A stretch of 63,992 nt of DNA, filler included, from Sandaracinaceae bacterium (GTDB lineage Bacteria; Myxococcota_A; Polyangia; Polyangiales; JADJQN01): NCBI GenBank assembly GCA_947483975.1. It is 3 parts of 3 records of this genome, joined end to end, with 100 filler letters (N's around TTAATTAATTAA, not from the genome) between each part and the next. Parts side by side here need not be neighbours in the genome. Positions count along the whole stretch, not along the records: positions 27,409 to 54,406 come from CANKOL010000026.1; 2 more parts are not named here. One strand, given 5' to 3'. The first letter of the stretch is position 1. Each line of letters opens with the position of its first letter. Shown piece by piece: positions 31,673-40,595 of the stretch. The position numbers and the translations under genes were made by a program. Below the pieces are notes generated by a model. The model was given only the letters and a program-made list of their open reading frames with translations, was not told the DNA's origin and did no database searches.

Positions 31673-33673
31673 TCAGTTGATGCGGCTGAGGTTCATGCCC
31701 GCCGCGTAGGCGTAGCTGACGAACGCATCGAAGCCGGTGACGACGACCGCGACCGGCAGGTCGGAGACGAGCGTGTGCACGCCGTCGTTCTGCTCCCCAT
31801 CCTCGACGCGCACGTTCGGCAAGCCGATGACGTCCGGGTAGCTCAGCTGACAGCGATACACGAGGTAGGTCGGCGGCGGATCGCCCGCGCGACGCACGAC
31901 GCCATCCCCGGGGCTCGCAGTGCACTCAGGGGGAAGCGGCGAGCCATCGAGCATGATGCGCGCGGCGGCCGGCGCCATGATCGTGAGGAAGTCGAACGCG
32001 TACTGGTCGGGCGTCAAGAGGACGTAGTCCTGACGCCACTGCGCGATCGGCGGCACGATGATGATCGACGGGTCGCCGCCCGGGTAGTAGTTCGGGATGC
32101 CCGTCGCCTCTTGGCTGCTGATCGCCTGCAGCACCGCGACAGGGCGGTCGGCGGTCATCTGGAAGTCCTGGTCCGCGCGCAGGATGACGTCCTCCCGCGG
32201 GTACACGACGACGACGTCGTTCGGCGGCGGGAGCGTCGTGCGGATGGTCGTCGTGTCGCTGATGGCCACGATGCGCACCCACTCAGGCTCGTTGACCTCG
32301 GCGACGCTGTCCGCGAGGGGGTTGAGGAAGGCGGCGTTGAGCGCGTTCGTGCGACGCGGCGCGCGCCCGATGACGAAGTCCGTGCCGAGCGTGGAGTCCG
32401 GCGCGAGCTGCTCCTCGAGGTGATCGGCGCAGCACTGCCGCGTCGCGAGCGTCCCGAAGCGCGGCGCGTCCGACGCCTCGCTGCCGACGTAGACGATGAC
32501 GGGCTTGTCGGCGTCCACGATCGAGCCCGTGAAGTCCGCGTTGAACGCCTGCGTCTCGAGGTTGAGCACGTCGTACGGCCCGAGCGTGACGTGGACGACC
32601 TCGCCCCCGCCGAGGTAGGTGCCCGGCGTCAGCCCGACGACCTGAATCGACTGCGCGCCGAGGTCGACGCTGACGGTCGTGCCCTCTTGCGTGCCGACGA
32701 TGGTCAGGAACGCGCGGAGGTCTTCGTCGGTCACCGAGGGGTCGAAGTCAGTCTCGGGGTTCGTCGAGTTCGCGATCGTCTGCGGCCAACCGACGACCGT
32801 GTAGTGCCCGTCGACGCCGGACGTCGGGATGAGGAGCGAGGCGTCGTTCGAGAACACGCCGACGTTGTCGAGCGGGTTGAACTGATACGCGACGATCGGC
32901 AGCGTGGACTTCACGCGATAGGCGGCCGAGGTGAGCGCGGTGTGCGAGCCCTCGCTGATGCCCGCCATGAGCCCGCGCGCCGTGCGGCCATCCACCTCGC
33001 GCTGCGGCAGCAAGAAGACCTCGAGGTCGCCCGGCAGCACGGTCTGACGGTCGACCTCAGTCTCCGCGACCGGCGCGCCGGGGGCCGCGTCGTTCTGCGT
33101 GATGACGACCTCGGTCGCGACCGTGCCCGCGTTCGACACGACGACCGCGTACTGCTGCGCCGAGGCGTCGCGCCCCGCGCCGAGCGAGGCGTTGTCGAGG
33201 TCTACCGCGAAGAACTCGCAGCCCTGATAGCTGCGCGTGCGCGTCGCGACCTCGCAGAGGTTCTGACAGGCGCCGTCCTGACACGCGAAGCCCGCGCTGA
33301 GGTCGCACACCTCGCTGACGTCCCAGCCGCTGCCGTCCGCGCGGCACACGGCCGCGTCCCCGTTGAAGCAGCCGACCTCGCCCGGGCGGCACACCACGCA
33401 CCAGAGATTCGGCACGCAGATCCGCCCATCGAGCCCGCAGTCGAGGCCGCGCTGCGAGAGGAACTCGCCGTCCCGCACGCAGCTCCTGTAGACGTTCCCG
33501 TCGCAGGCTTGGTCCGCCTCCGACTGACACACGAAGCTGCCGTCGATGAACGGCGAGTGCGCGTCGCTCGCGCCGCCGTCCATATGAGGAGGGACGACCG
33601 GGCCCTTCGTGCAGGCCATGAACAACGCCCCGGCGAGCACCGTGAGCGCGAGTGAAACGAGGATGTTGCGCAC
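31673..33673 (-). CDS. IgGFc-binding-domain lipoprotein
   Basis: Lipobox FMAC; SYQGCEFFAVDLDN, AYQFNPL, SNDASLLIP, DHLEEQL, GDPS, SYAYAAG. Confidence 0.88.
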   Translation of the reverse strand: MRNILVSLALTVLAGALFMACTKGPVVPPHMDGGASDAHSPFIDGSFVCQSEADQACDGNVYRSCVRDGEFLSQRGLDCGLDGRICVPNLWCVVCRPGEVGCFNGDAAVCRADGSGWDVSEVCDLSAGFACQDGACQNLCEVATRTRSYQGCEFFAVDLDNASLGAGRDASAQQYAVVVSNAGTVATEVVITQNDAAPGAPVAETEVDRQTVLPGDLEVFLLPQREVDGRTARGLMAGISEGSHTALTSAAYRVKSTLPIVAYQFNPLDNVGVFSNDASLLIPTSGVDGHYTVVGWPQTIANSTNPETDFDPSVTDEDLRAFLTIVGTQEGTTVSVDLGAQSIQVVGLTPGTYLGGGEVVHVTLGPYDVLNLETQAFNADFTGSIVDADKPVIVYVGSEASDAPRFGTLATRQCCADHLEEQLAPDSTLGTDFVIGRAPRRTNALNAAFLNPLADSVAEVNEPEWVRIVAISDTTTIRTTLPPPNDVVVVYPREDVILRADQDFQMTADRPVAVLQAISSQEATGIPNYYPGGDPSIIIVPPIAQWRQDYVLLTPDQYAFDFLTIMAPAAARIMLDGSPLPPECTASPGDGVVRRAGDPPPTYLVYRCQLSYPDVIGLPNVRVEDGEQNDGVHTLVSDLPVAVVVTGFDAFVSYAYAAGMNLSRIN

Positions 33674-33674
33674 T

Positions 33675-35786
33675 TTAGTTCGCCTGAGCAGTGAAGAAGT
33701 CGACCGCGCTCTTTTCCCAATAGCGGTCGCTCAGATACGCATAGCTGAACGTGTCGAAGTCGAAGCCCGGGATCGTCACGGCGTAGACCTGCCAGACGAT
33801 GTCGCCCGTCGCGATGTCGGCGACGCCGAGCGGCGTGGTGTCGGGGATCGGCGCCTCGTAGACATTGCCCGGCAGGAACTGCCGCCAAGCGGGGTTGCCG
33901 TCGCCGCCGCTCATCAGGAGCACGTGCAGGCTCGGCGTCGGGCCATCCGCGGTCCAGCGCAGGATACGGTCCGCGGGGAGCGGCGCGCCGTACTCGGGCG
34001 AGGTCGCCGTCGGGATGCCGAGGAAGCCGTTCATCGCGATCGGGCGATCCACGCCGACGATGCCGGTGCGCACGATCTGCGTGTACGGCAGGCTGTCGTA
34101 GTCGCCCGTGAACCAGCCCGCCTCGACGCGGTAGCGGCCATCCGAGAGCGCGTCGAAGAGCGCCGGCTGCGAGACGAGGCGGAACGGCCCGTCGTTGCTG
34201 CGCCGGCGGAGCGTGTCGATCTCGACGCCGTTGACGACGCGGACGATCACGCCCTCGCCGCCGAGGTCCACGGCCGCGCGCACCTTGTAGCGGTTCGGGC
34301 CGCTGCGCGCCGACGCCGGCAGCTCAGTCATCACGACGTCGACCGAGCGGTCGAGCGTGATGTTCATGATCATGTCCTGGTCGACGATCTCCTCGCCGGG
34401 GCCGGCGAGGACGTTGCGCGCGATGCCCATCACGTACGGGATGAACTCGCCCGTCGTGGTGTTCTCGAGGCCCGAGAGCGCGTAGACGGCCATGCCGCCG
34501 GGGCGGACGAAGATGCGGTACGGATAGCCGCGCTCATCGGCGGGGAGCGGGTCGGCGATCTCCTCGAGGACGCGCTGGATCGCGCCGCCCGACGCCGGAT
34601 CCGGGTTCGTGACGTCGACGCTCGGCTGCGTCGCGTAGACGTAGGCGACCTTGATCTCGTTGGCGCGCGCGGGCGGGATGTTGAGCCACGGGTTCGGCGA
34701 GAACTCGCTCGGTCCGCGCCAGATCAGCGAGCCGCTGATGAAGGACCCGCTGCGACCGCGCCCAGGCGGCGGCGTGCCCGAACCCATCCCGCACATCGGG
34801 TCGGTCCACGGCACGAGGAACATCGTCACATCGCTCGCGTCCGCGGCGACGAACGTCGTCTTCTCGAAGCAGAACTTGCTGCCCGTGACGACCTGCGCGC
34901 CCATCAGGTCCGCGCCCGAGAACGTGATGCGCCCGCCGACGTCGGTGTCGCCGACGTACGGCCCGCCGACGTTGCCGAGGAAGACGGTCGCGCCGTCGAC
35001 CGGGTCACCCGTCGTCGCGTTGAGCACGGTGACGTTGACGCTCCCGTTGACGGGCCCGCCGCCGAGGCCGCCACCGAAGGGATCGGAGGTGTCGTAGTAG
35101 GTGTAGGCGTCCGGCGCGACGAGCGTCGAGCCATCGGCGGTGTGCGTGACGGTGACGTCCACCGTGCTCGCCGAGAGCGGCGGCGTCTTGCAGGTGATGC
35201 GCGTCGGCGAGACGACGGCGATCTCCGTGCACGCCGAGCGGCCGAAGGTGACCGTGTCGCCCGTGGTGAAATTCGTGCCCGAGCCGACGATGCTGACGAA
35301 GGTTCCGCCCGCGACCGAGCCGCGCTCGGGCTCGACGTAGATGGCGTCGTAGGTGTAGCCCGCCGGCAGCGTGACCGACGCGTCGCCGAGCGTGATCGCG
35401 ACGTCGGCCGGGCCGACCTCACCCGCGGGCACGACGACCTGCAGGCGGCGCGAGTCGATCAGCTCCATGTCCGCCGGCTGCACCATGCGCCCCGCGAACG
35501 TGACGACCGCGTCGAGCGAGAAGCCGCTGCCGCGCAGCACGACGGTGTTGCCGCCGCGGTACGGGCCGTGATCCGGCACGACGCGCGTGATCAGCAGCTC
35601 GCCCATCCCGATGCCCGTGTCCGGGAACATCGGGCCGAGGTCCTCGGTGACCGGTCCGCCGTCGGGCGGGGGCAAGCCGAGGTCGAGGTCCATCGCGATG
35701 GGATTGGTCCGGCCGCAGCCATCACAGCCGCCCCCGAACACCATCGCGAGCACGAGCAGGCCACCTATCGTCGAACGGCGCATCAT
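33675..35786 (-). CDS. IPT/TIG-domain secreted protein
   Basis: Two IPT/TIG units (VVPDHGPYRGGNTVVLRGSGF; VEPERGSVAGGTFVSIVG), then beta-rich domains. Confidence 0.85.
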   Translation of the reverse strand: MMRRSTIGGLLVLAMVFGGGCDGCGRTNPIAMDLDLGLPPPDGGPVTEDLGPMFPDTGIGMGELLITRVVPDHGPYRGGNTVVLRGSGFSLDAVVTFAGRMVQPADMELIDSRRLQVVVPAGEVGPADVAITLGDASVTLPAGYTYDAIYVEPERGSVAGGTFVSIVGSGTNFTTGDTVTFGRSACTEIAVVSPTRITCKTPPLSASTVDVTVTHTADGSTLVAPDAYTYYDTSDPFGGGLGGGPVNGSVNVTVLNATTGDPVDGATVFLGNVGGPYVGDTDVGGRITFSGADLMGAQVVTGSKFCFEKTTFVAADASDVTMFLVPWTDPMCGMGSGTPPPGRGRSGSFISGSLIWRGPSEFSPNPWLNIPPARANEIKVAYVYATQPSVDVTNPDPASGGAIQRVLEEIADPLPADERGYPYRIFVRPGGMAVYALSGLENTTTGEFIPYVMGIARNVLAGPGEEIVDQDMIMNITLDRSVDVVMTELPASARSGPNRYKVRAAVDLGGEGVIVRVVNGVEIDTLRRRSNDGPFRLVSQPALFDALSDGRYRVEAGWFTGDYDSLPYTQIVRTGIVGVDRPIAMNGFLGIPTATSPEYGAPLPADRILRWTADGPTPSLHVLLMSGGDGNPAWRQFLPGNVYEAPIPDTTPLGVADIATGDIVWQVYAVTIPGFDFDTFSYAYLSDRYWEKSAVDFFTAQAN

Positions 35787-35865
35787 GGACTCCTGCATCG
35801 GAAAACCTCGCATCAAGCTAGTGGCTTCCTAGCGAGTATCGGGTTACCACCAGCCAAGTCAAGCT

Positions 35866-36969
35866 ATGCCCCTGCTCCGCCTGGTGGTGAGCGACCTGCA
35901 TCTGGGCACCGGAGTGCGGCAGGGCGAGCTCAATCCGTTTGAGGATTTCCTCCACGACGACCGCTTCGCGGAGCTGCTCGCGCACTACGACGCGGAGGCG
36001 GGCGCGGACACCGAGACGGAGCTCGTCCTCAACGGCGACATCTTCGATCTGCTCAAGGTGAAGGTCGAGGGCGAGTGGCCGCTCGAGATCACCGCCGAGG
36101 TCGCCGTCGAGAAGCTGCGGCAGTGCCTCGACGGGCACCCGCGCTTCGTCAACGCCCTGCGCGAGTTCCTCGAGAAGCCCTCGCGGCGCCTGACGTACAT
36201 CCCCGGCAACCACGACCTCGATATGTGGTTCCCCGCGACGCACGAGCTGTTCCGGCGCCGAGTCGCGCCGGGCGTCCTCGGCGAGCGTGTCCGCTTCATC
36301 ACGCAGACAGACACCTATCATCTGCCCGAGGGCATCCAGATCCGGCACGGGCATCAGCTCGAGCGCATCCATCGCGTCGACTACGCGCGCATGACGCGCA
36401 AGCGCCGCGACGGGCGCGACGTGCTCGATCTGCCGTGGGGCACGCTCTGGATCCTCGAGGTGCTCAACCCCGCGAAGGAGGAGCGCAGCTACATCGACCG
36501 CATCCAGCCGCTGTCGCGCTTTCTCGCCGCGGGGCTGCTCTTCGACACGAGCTTCTCGGTGCGCTTCCTGGCGCGCTCGACGTTCCACTTCATGCGCCAT
36601 CGCATCTTCACGATCCGCGCGTGGAGCGAGCGCATCCGCAACGTGTTCACGCTGCTGCGCGAGGAGATCGTCGCGCTCGGCGGCTATGACGAGCTTGCGA
36701 CGCGGGCGCTCCGGCGAGTGCGCGGGGTGCACACGCTGATCGTCGGGCACAGCCACTCGCCGCGGTTCCGCGCGATGCCGGGCAACAAGGTGCTCGTCAA
36801 CAGCGGCACCTGGATGAAGATGATCAACCTCGACCTGCGCCACCTCGGGCAGGACAGCGGGCTCACCTACGTCGTCATCGACTACACGACCGACGGCAAG
36901 CCGCGCACCCGCCTGATGCGGTGGAACGGCACCACCCTGCCCTGCGAGACCATCTTCTACGCGGACTGA
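35866..36969 (+). CDS. Calcineurin-like metallophosphoesterase
   Basis: SDLHLG, NGDIFD, PGNHD, HGH, GHSH. Confidence 0.9.
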   Translation: MPLLRLVVSDLHLGTGVRQGELNPFEDFLHDDRFAELLAHYDAEAGADTETELVLNGDIFDLLKVKVEGEWPLEITAEVAVEKLRQCLDGHPRFVNALREFLEKPSRRLTYIPGNHDLDMWFPATHELFRRRVAPGVLGERVRFITQTDTYHLPEGIQIRHGHQLERIHRVDYARMTRKRRDGRDVLDLPWGTLWILEVLNPAKEERSYIDRIQPLSRFLAAGLLFDTSFSVRFLARSTFHFMRHRIFTIRAWSERIRNVFTLLREEIVALGGYDELATRALRRVRGVHTLIVGHSHSPRFRAMPGNKVLVNSGTWMKMINLDLRHLGQDSGLTYVVIDYTTDGKPRTRLMRWNGTTLPCETIFYAD

Positions 36970-37125
36970 GCGGGCGGGGCAGCACGGGAGGCGGCGCTCG
37001 AGGGGGCGGAGGGGACGCGCAATCCTTGCGCCGTTCCCGATGGGGGAATGCAGGGCTTGCGCGGGCCGCACGCCTCGACCGACCGACGTTGAGGCAATTG
37101 GGCGGCTTTTTCGGGGCCTAGCCCG

Positions 37126-37141
37126 CGGCACGGGGCCTGCA
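37126..37141 (+). promoter_or_regulatory. Putative sigma54 promoter
   Basis: CGGCACGGGGCCTGCA (GG-N10-GC), 13 nt before ATG 37154; palindrome GCGCAATCCTTGCGC at 37017-37031 is a candidate enhancer. Confidence 0.6.
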
Positions 37142-37153
37142 CAGGGGCGCCGC

Positions 37154-37240
37154 ATGGCACTGCCCCTCGAGACCATCGTCCGCGTCGCCTTCTTCGCCGC
37201 CATCGCCGCGCTCGCCCTCGCAGCCGTCGCCGTCGGCTGA
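37154..37240 (+). CDS. Putative 28-aa single-helix membrane peptide
   Basis: MALPLETIVRVAFFAAIAALALAAVAVG; host-like codons; behind a sigma54 motif. Confidence 0.55.
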   Translation: MALPLETIVRVAFFAAIAALALAAVAVG

Positions 37241-37278
37241 GCTGAGCTGACCGAGGGCGCGGCTGGGGCGCGTCGCGC

Positions 37279-39552
37279 TCAGCGCTCCCTCGTCCGCCGG
37301 AGGCACGCCCCGAGCAGCGCGAGGAGCGCCTCGTGGGTCGGCGGCTCCCGTAGCTCGACCTCGAGCTCGAACGCCGCCTCAGCCTCGCGAACCCGAGTGA
37401 CGGTGGCGCGCTCGTCACGGAGCGCAGCGGCGACCCACGCAGAGGCCGCGCGCGCAGCCGGCGATTGCCTGTCGAGGCGCGCCCGCACCCACGCGGCGAG
37501 GCGCGCGAACGACGAGCCGACGTCCGCATCGACCCGCGCCGACACCGGCGCGGCGGACGCAGCGTAGATCCCGACCGACAGCCCGACGCGGCCCGCGTCC
37601 GGCACCCGCAGCCCGAGCACGACCGCGTGCGGCGAGCGGCTCAGGTGCAGCGTCGTCCCGTCATCGAGAAGCTCCGCCGCGCGCGCGTCGCGGTAGCCGC
37701 CAGCGCCCTCCTGCCGCGCGAGCCGCGCGAGCACCTCGCGCGCGACGGCGCTCTGCTCACGCCGCAGCACCTCGCGCTGCGCGGCGGCCGAGGGCGGCGG
37801 ATACGGCACCGCGCAGCGCGTCGTCACGCCGTTCGAGCGCCCGAGCGCGAGCGTCCCATCGGGGGCGAAGCAGACGACGGCGGCGAGGTCCTCGGCGTCG
37901 AGCGTGACGGGCGGCGCGTCCGAGTGCGGATCGAAGACGCAGACCGGGCTCGCGAAGGCCGCGCAGGCGAGGTGCCCGTCGGCGTCGAACGCGAGGCACT
38001 CCACGAGCGCGAGGTCGTAGGCGCGGCGCTGCGTCCCGCTCGCGAGGTCGTGCACGAGGACCTGCCCATCGAGCCGATACGCGAGCCAAGGCGCGTGCTG
38101 CGCGAAGGCGAGCGCACCACAGCACGTCGCCTTCGCGGCGAAGACCTCGCGCCCGGTCGCGACCTCGTGCACGACGACGCGGTCACGCCCGCCGAGCGAC
38201 GCGAGCAGCACGCCGTCGCGCGACCACGCGAGCGCGCCCGCCCAGAAGTGCCCCGGCTCCTTGGAGGGCGCCGTCAACTCCTGCAGCGCCTCGCCGGTCA
38301 GCGGATCGCGCAGCACCACCGACCCGGCGCGGCAGAGCGTCGCGAGCCAGGCGCCCGCTGGGTCGAAGGCGACAGCGGCGAGGTCGCGGCCGTCGTGCGC
38401 GTTCGGGACCGCGCTCCGACGCTCGCCCGTGCCGACGTCGAAGAGGCGCAGCGTGCCGTCCATGCCGCCGCTCGCGAGCAGCGCGTCGTCGACTGAGAGC
38501 GAGAGCGAGGCGACGTAATTGGCGTGGCCGGGGATGGCCCGGAGGTGCTCGCCGGACTCGCTCGCCCAGAGGTTCACCGTCTTGTCGTGGCCGCCCGCCG
38601 TGGCGAGCAGCGCGCCAGCCGAGCTGAAGGCGAGCGACGACACGCCCGAGCCGTGCCCGGGCGGCGTCGGGAGCGGCGACTCGCCTCCCGGCTCGAGGAC
38701 GCGCGCGTGCCGATACGCCGCGGCGACGAGCCCCCCACCCGGCCTCGCGGCGACCGACGCGCGGCCACCGCGGGGCGAGACCTCGTCAGCGCGAAGCGCT
38801 CCGGTCCGCACGTCGACGAGCGCCACTGGCCCGCTCAACGAGTGCCGCACCCAGAGCTCTGCGCCGTCCGCCATGAAGCCGAACGACTCCAGCTCGAACG
38901 GCAGCCGGAGCACGCGCGCGGGCTCGTCGCCGACGAAGCACGAGAGCGCATCGGAGCCCGCCGCCGCGACCACGAGCAGGTCCTCACGCGGCGAGAACGC
39001 GACCTCCACGCGGCGCCCCGCGCGCTGCGGCTGCGCACGGCGCACCTCGCCGCCGCTCCGCGCGTCGACCACGACCGCGTGCGCGCTGCCGCCGACGGCG
39101 AGCCACCGCGAGTCGCGCGAGAACGAGAGCCCGACGAGGTGCGCGACGTCGTGCCCCACCGCGCCTAGCTCCCGCCGGCTCTCCACGTCGAAGAGCACGA
39201 CCTCCCACGCGTCGAACTTCGCGCGCCCCGCGGCGAGCGTGCGCCCGTCGGGGGACAGCGCGACGGGCGAACTGAGGTCGGCGCTCGGAAGGGCTTGCGT
39301 CACCTCCGGCGCGCCGACGGTCCACGAGAACACTCGCCCGTACGCGAGCCAGAGCGTCCCGCCATCCCGCGAGAACGCGAGGCTGTGCGCGGCTTGCCGC
39401 ACCCGCGCGACGAGCCGCCCCTCGGGGAGCGTCCAGACCGCTGTCTCCACATTCGACCCGAGCGCGACGAGGCGCCCGTCCGGCGACACCTCCACGGCGT
39501 CGATGTCCGCGTGGAGCCGGAGCCGGTCATCTCCGTATTGCAGCGCGCGCAC
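37279..39552 (-). CDS. WD40-repeat protein
   Basis: GHGSGVSSLAFS, GHANYVASLSLS..GTLRLFD and SPDG repeats; GTG 39552 chosen from the TACGCT box. Confidence 0.85.
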   Translation of the reverse strand: MRALQYGDDRLRLHADIDAVEVSPDGRLVALGSNVETAVWTLPEGRLVARVRQAAHSLAFSRDGGTLWLAYGRVFSWTVGAPEVTQALPSADLSSPVALSPDGRTLAAGRAKFDAWEVVLFDVESRRELGAVGHDVAHLVGLSFSRDSRWLAVGGSAHAVVVDARSGGEVRRAQPQRAGRRVEVAFSPREDLLVVAAAGSDALSCFVGDEPARVLRLPFELESFGFMADGAELWVRHSLSGPVALVDVRTGALRADEVSPRGGRASVAARPGGGLVAAAYRHARVLEPGGESPLPTPPGHGSGVSSLAFSSAGALLATAGGHDKTVNLWASESGEHLRAIPGHANYVASLSLSVDDALLASGGMDGTLRLFDVGTGERRSAVPNAHDGRDLAAVAFDPAGAWLATLCRAGSVVLRDPLTGEALQELTAPSKEPGHFWAGALAWSRDGVLLASLGGRDRVVVHEVATGREVFAAKATCCGALAFAQHAPWLAYRLDGQVLVHDLASGTQRRAYDLALVECLAFDADGHLACAAFASPVCVFDPHSDAPPVTLDAEDLAAVVCFAPDGTLALGRSNGVTTRCAVPYPPPSAAAQREVLRREQSAVAREVLARLARQEGAGGYRDARAAELLDDGTTLHLSRSPHAVVLGLRVPDAGRVGLSVGIYAASAAPVSARVDADVGSSFARLAAWVRARLDRQSPAARAASAWVAAALRDERATVTRVREAEAAFELEVELREPPTHEALLALLGACLRRTRER

Positions 39553-39698
39553 GGGGGGAGCGTACGCCACGCGCGCGAGGGCGTCATTGGCCGAGGCGAG
39601 GTCCGCGCGGTCGGGCGATGTGTGAGTTTTTTTTCTGCGGCGTGAATGGCGCGCTTCCGGCTGCGTCAAAACGAGAGAGAGCGCCGCCCCACGGAGCG

Positions 39699-39814
39699 CT
39701 TTTCATCAAGACGGGTGGAGGGACAGGCCCTGCGAAACCCGACCAACCGACCGCGAAGCGGCACGGTGGCAAAGCCTGAAAACGAGGTCCACCGACCTCG
39801 TCCACGATGGAAGG
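39699..39814 (+). ncRNA. SAM-I (S-box) riboswitch, translational type
   Basis: P1 CTTTTCATC/GATGGAAGG; J1/2 AAGA; P2 CGGGT/ACCCG with GGAG/CGAA kink-turn and GGGACAGGCCC; P3 CCAACC..GGTGG; L2 CAGG pairs with J3/4 CCTG; P4 ACGAGGTC/GACCTCGT. Confidence 0.88.
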
Positions 39815-39822
39815 AGGCACTC

Positions 39823-40482
39823 ATGGCGACAGACGAAGATTGCGAATCCGATGATGTGTTGGTGACGTGTGGCCGCCGTTGGCGGGCCGACGGAATCCCG
39901 GTCAACTCCTATCGATGCGGCTGGAACCGCATCCGAGCGCGCGTCGCCGCCGGAGACGTGCGACTCACACGCAATCTCGGGAGAGTCGGCACCGGGATCA
40001 GCGTGTCACTCGACGAGCTCGAACCGCTGATCACCCTCCTGCGCTGGTACGGGACGCAGCGCCTGAGCTGGTCAGCGTTCTATTGGTCGGGGCATGGCCA
40101 CGTGCCCGGCTGGGGCTGCGCTGGGGCGTACTACCAGCCCCCCGGCGACGCGCGACAGGTCGAGGTCGCCTCGAAGGCGTACGGCAAGCTACGGGGGGAG
40201 GACTTCACCGGAGAAGACGTGCGCATCCGCGTGGACCCGCCCGAGCGCGTCGCCGACGTGGCCGACCTCGTCGCGCGGATCGTGCGGAAGGGCGAGCGAT
40301 TCGGCAATCGCGCGGGCGAACAGGTCGGGGCCGTCTATCACCTCGGCACGCTGGTCATCGACGCCAAACGCATGGAGCTCGTTCTCCAGCGCGGGAAGGA
40401 GTGGATCTCGCTCGAGGATGGCGAGGACTTGTTCCTCGAGCGTCTGCTCTCCATCGAGCGGGCCCTCGCCTCCTCGCGCTGA
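39823..40482 (+). CDS. Hypothetical protein (219 aa) downstream of SAM riboswitch
   Basis: AAGGAGG RBS at 39811-39817, ATG 39823; no motif recognised. Confidence 0.75.
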   Translation: MATDEDCESDDVLVTCGRRWRADGIPVNSYRCGWNRIRARVAAGDVRLTRNLGRVGTGISVSLDELEPLITLLRWYGTQRLSWSAFYWSGHGHVPGWGCAGAYYQPPGDARQVEVASKAYGKLRGEDFTGEDVRIRVDPPERVADVADLVARIVRKGERFGNRAGEQVGAVYHLGTLVIDAKRMELVLQRGKEWISLEDGEDLFLERLLSIERALASSR

Positions 40483-40595
40483 GCGAGCGCGGGGCGCCGC
40501 ACGAACCTAGCGACCGTCGCGCGTGGCGGTGATCGCGGCCGAGGACCTCGGCCACGGAGTCACCGTCACGCTCGATGGAACCACCTATTCGGCGC

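Noticed and set aside
30077..33655. 1192-aa plus-strand ORF and similar long Arg/Ala-rich ORFs (3072-5708, 33609-35942, 45201-47732)
   Set aside because: Antisense shadows of well-supported genes, expected at this GC content; no motifs
39646..39822. Longer start for the orphan ORF
   Set aside because: The region is the riboswitch; AAGGAGG points to ATG 39823
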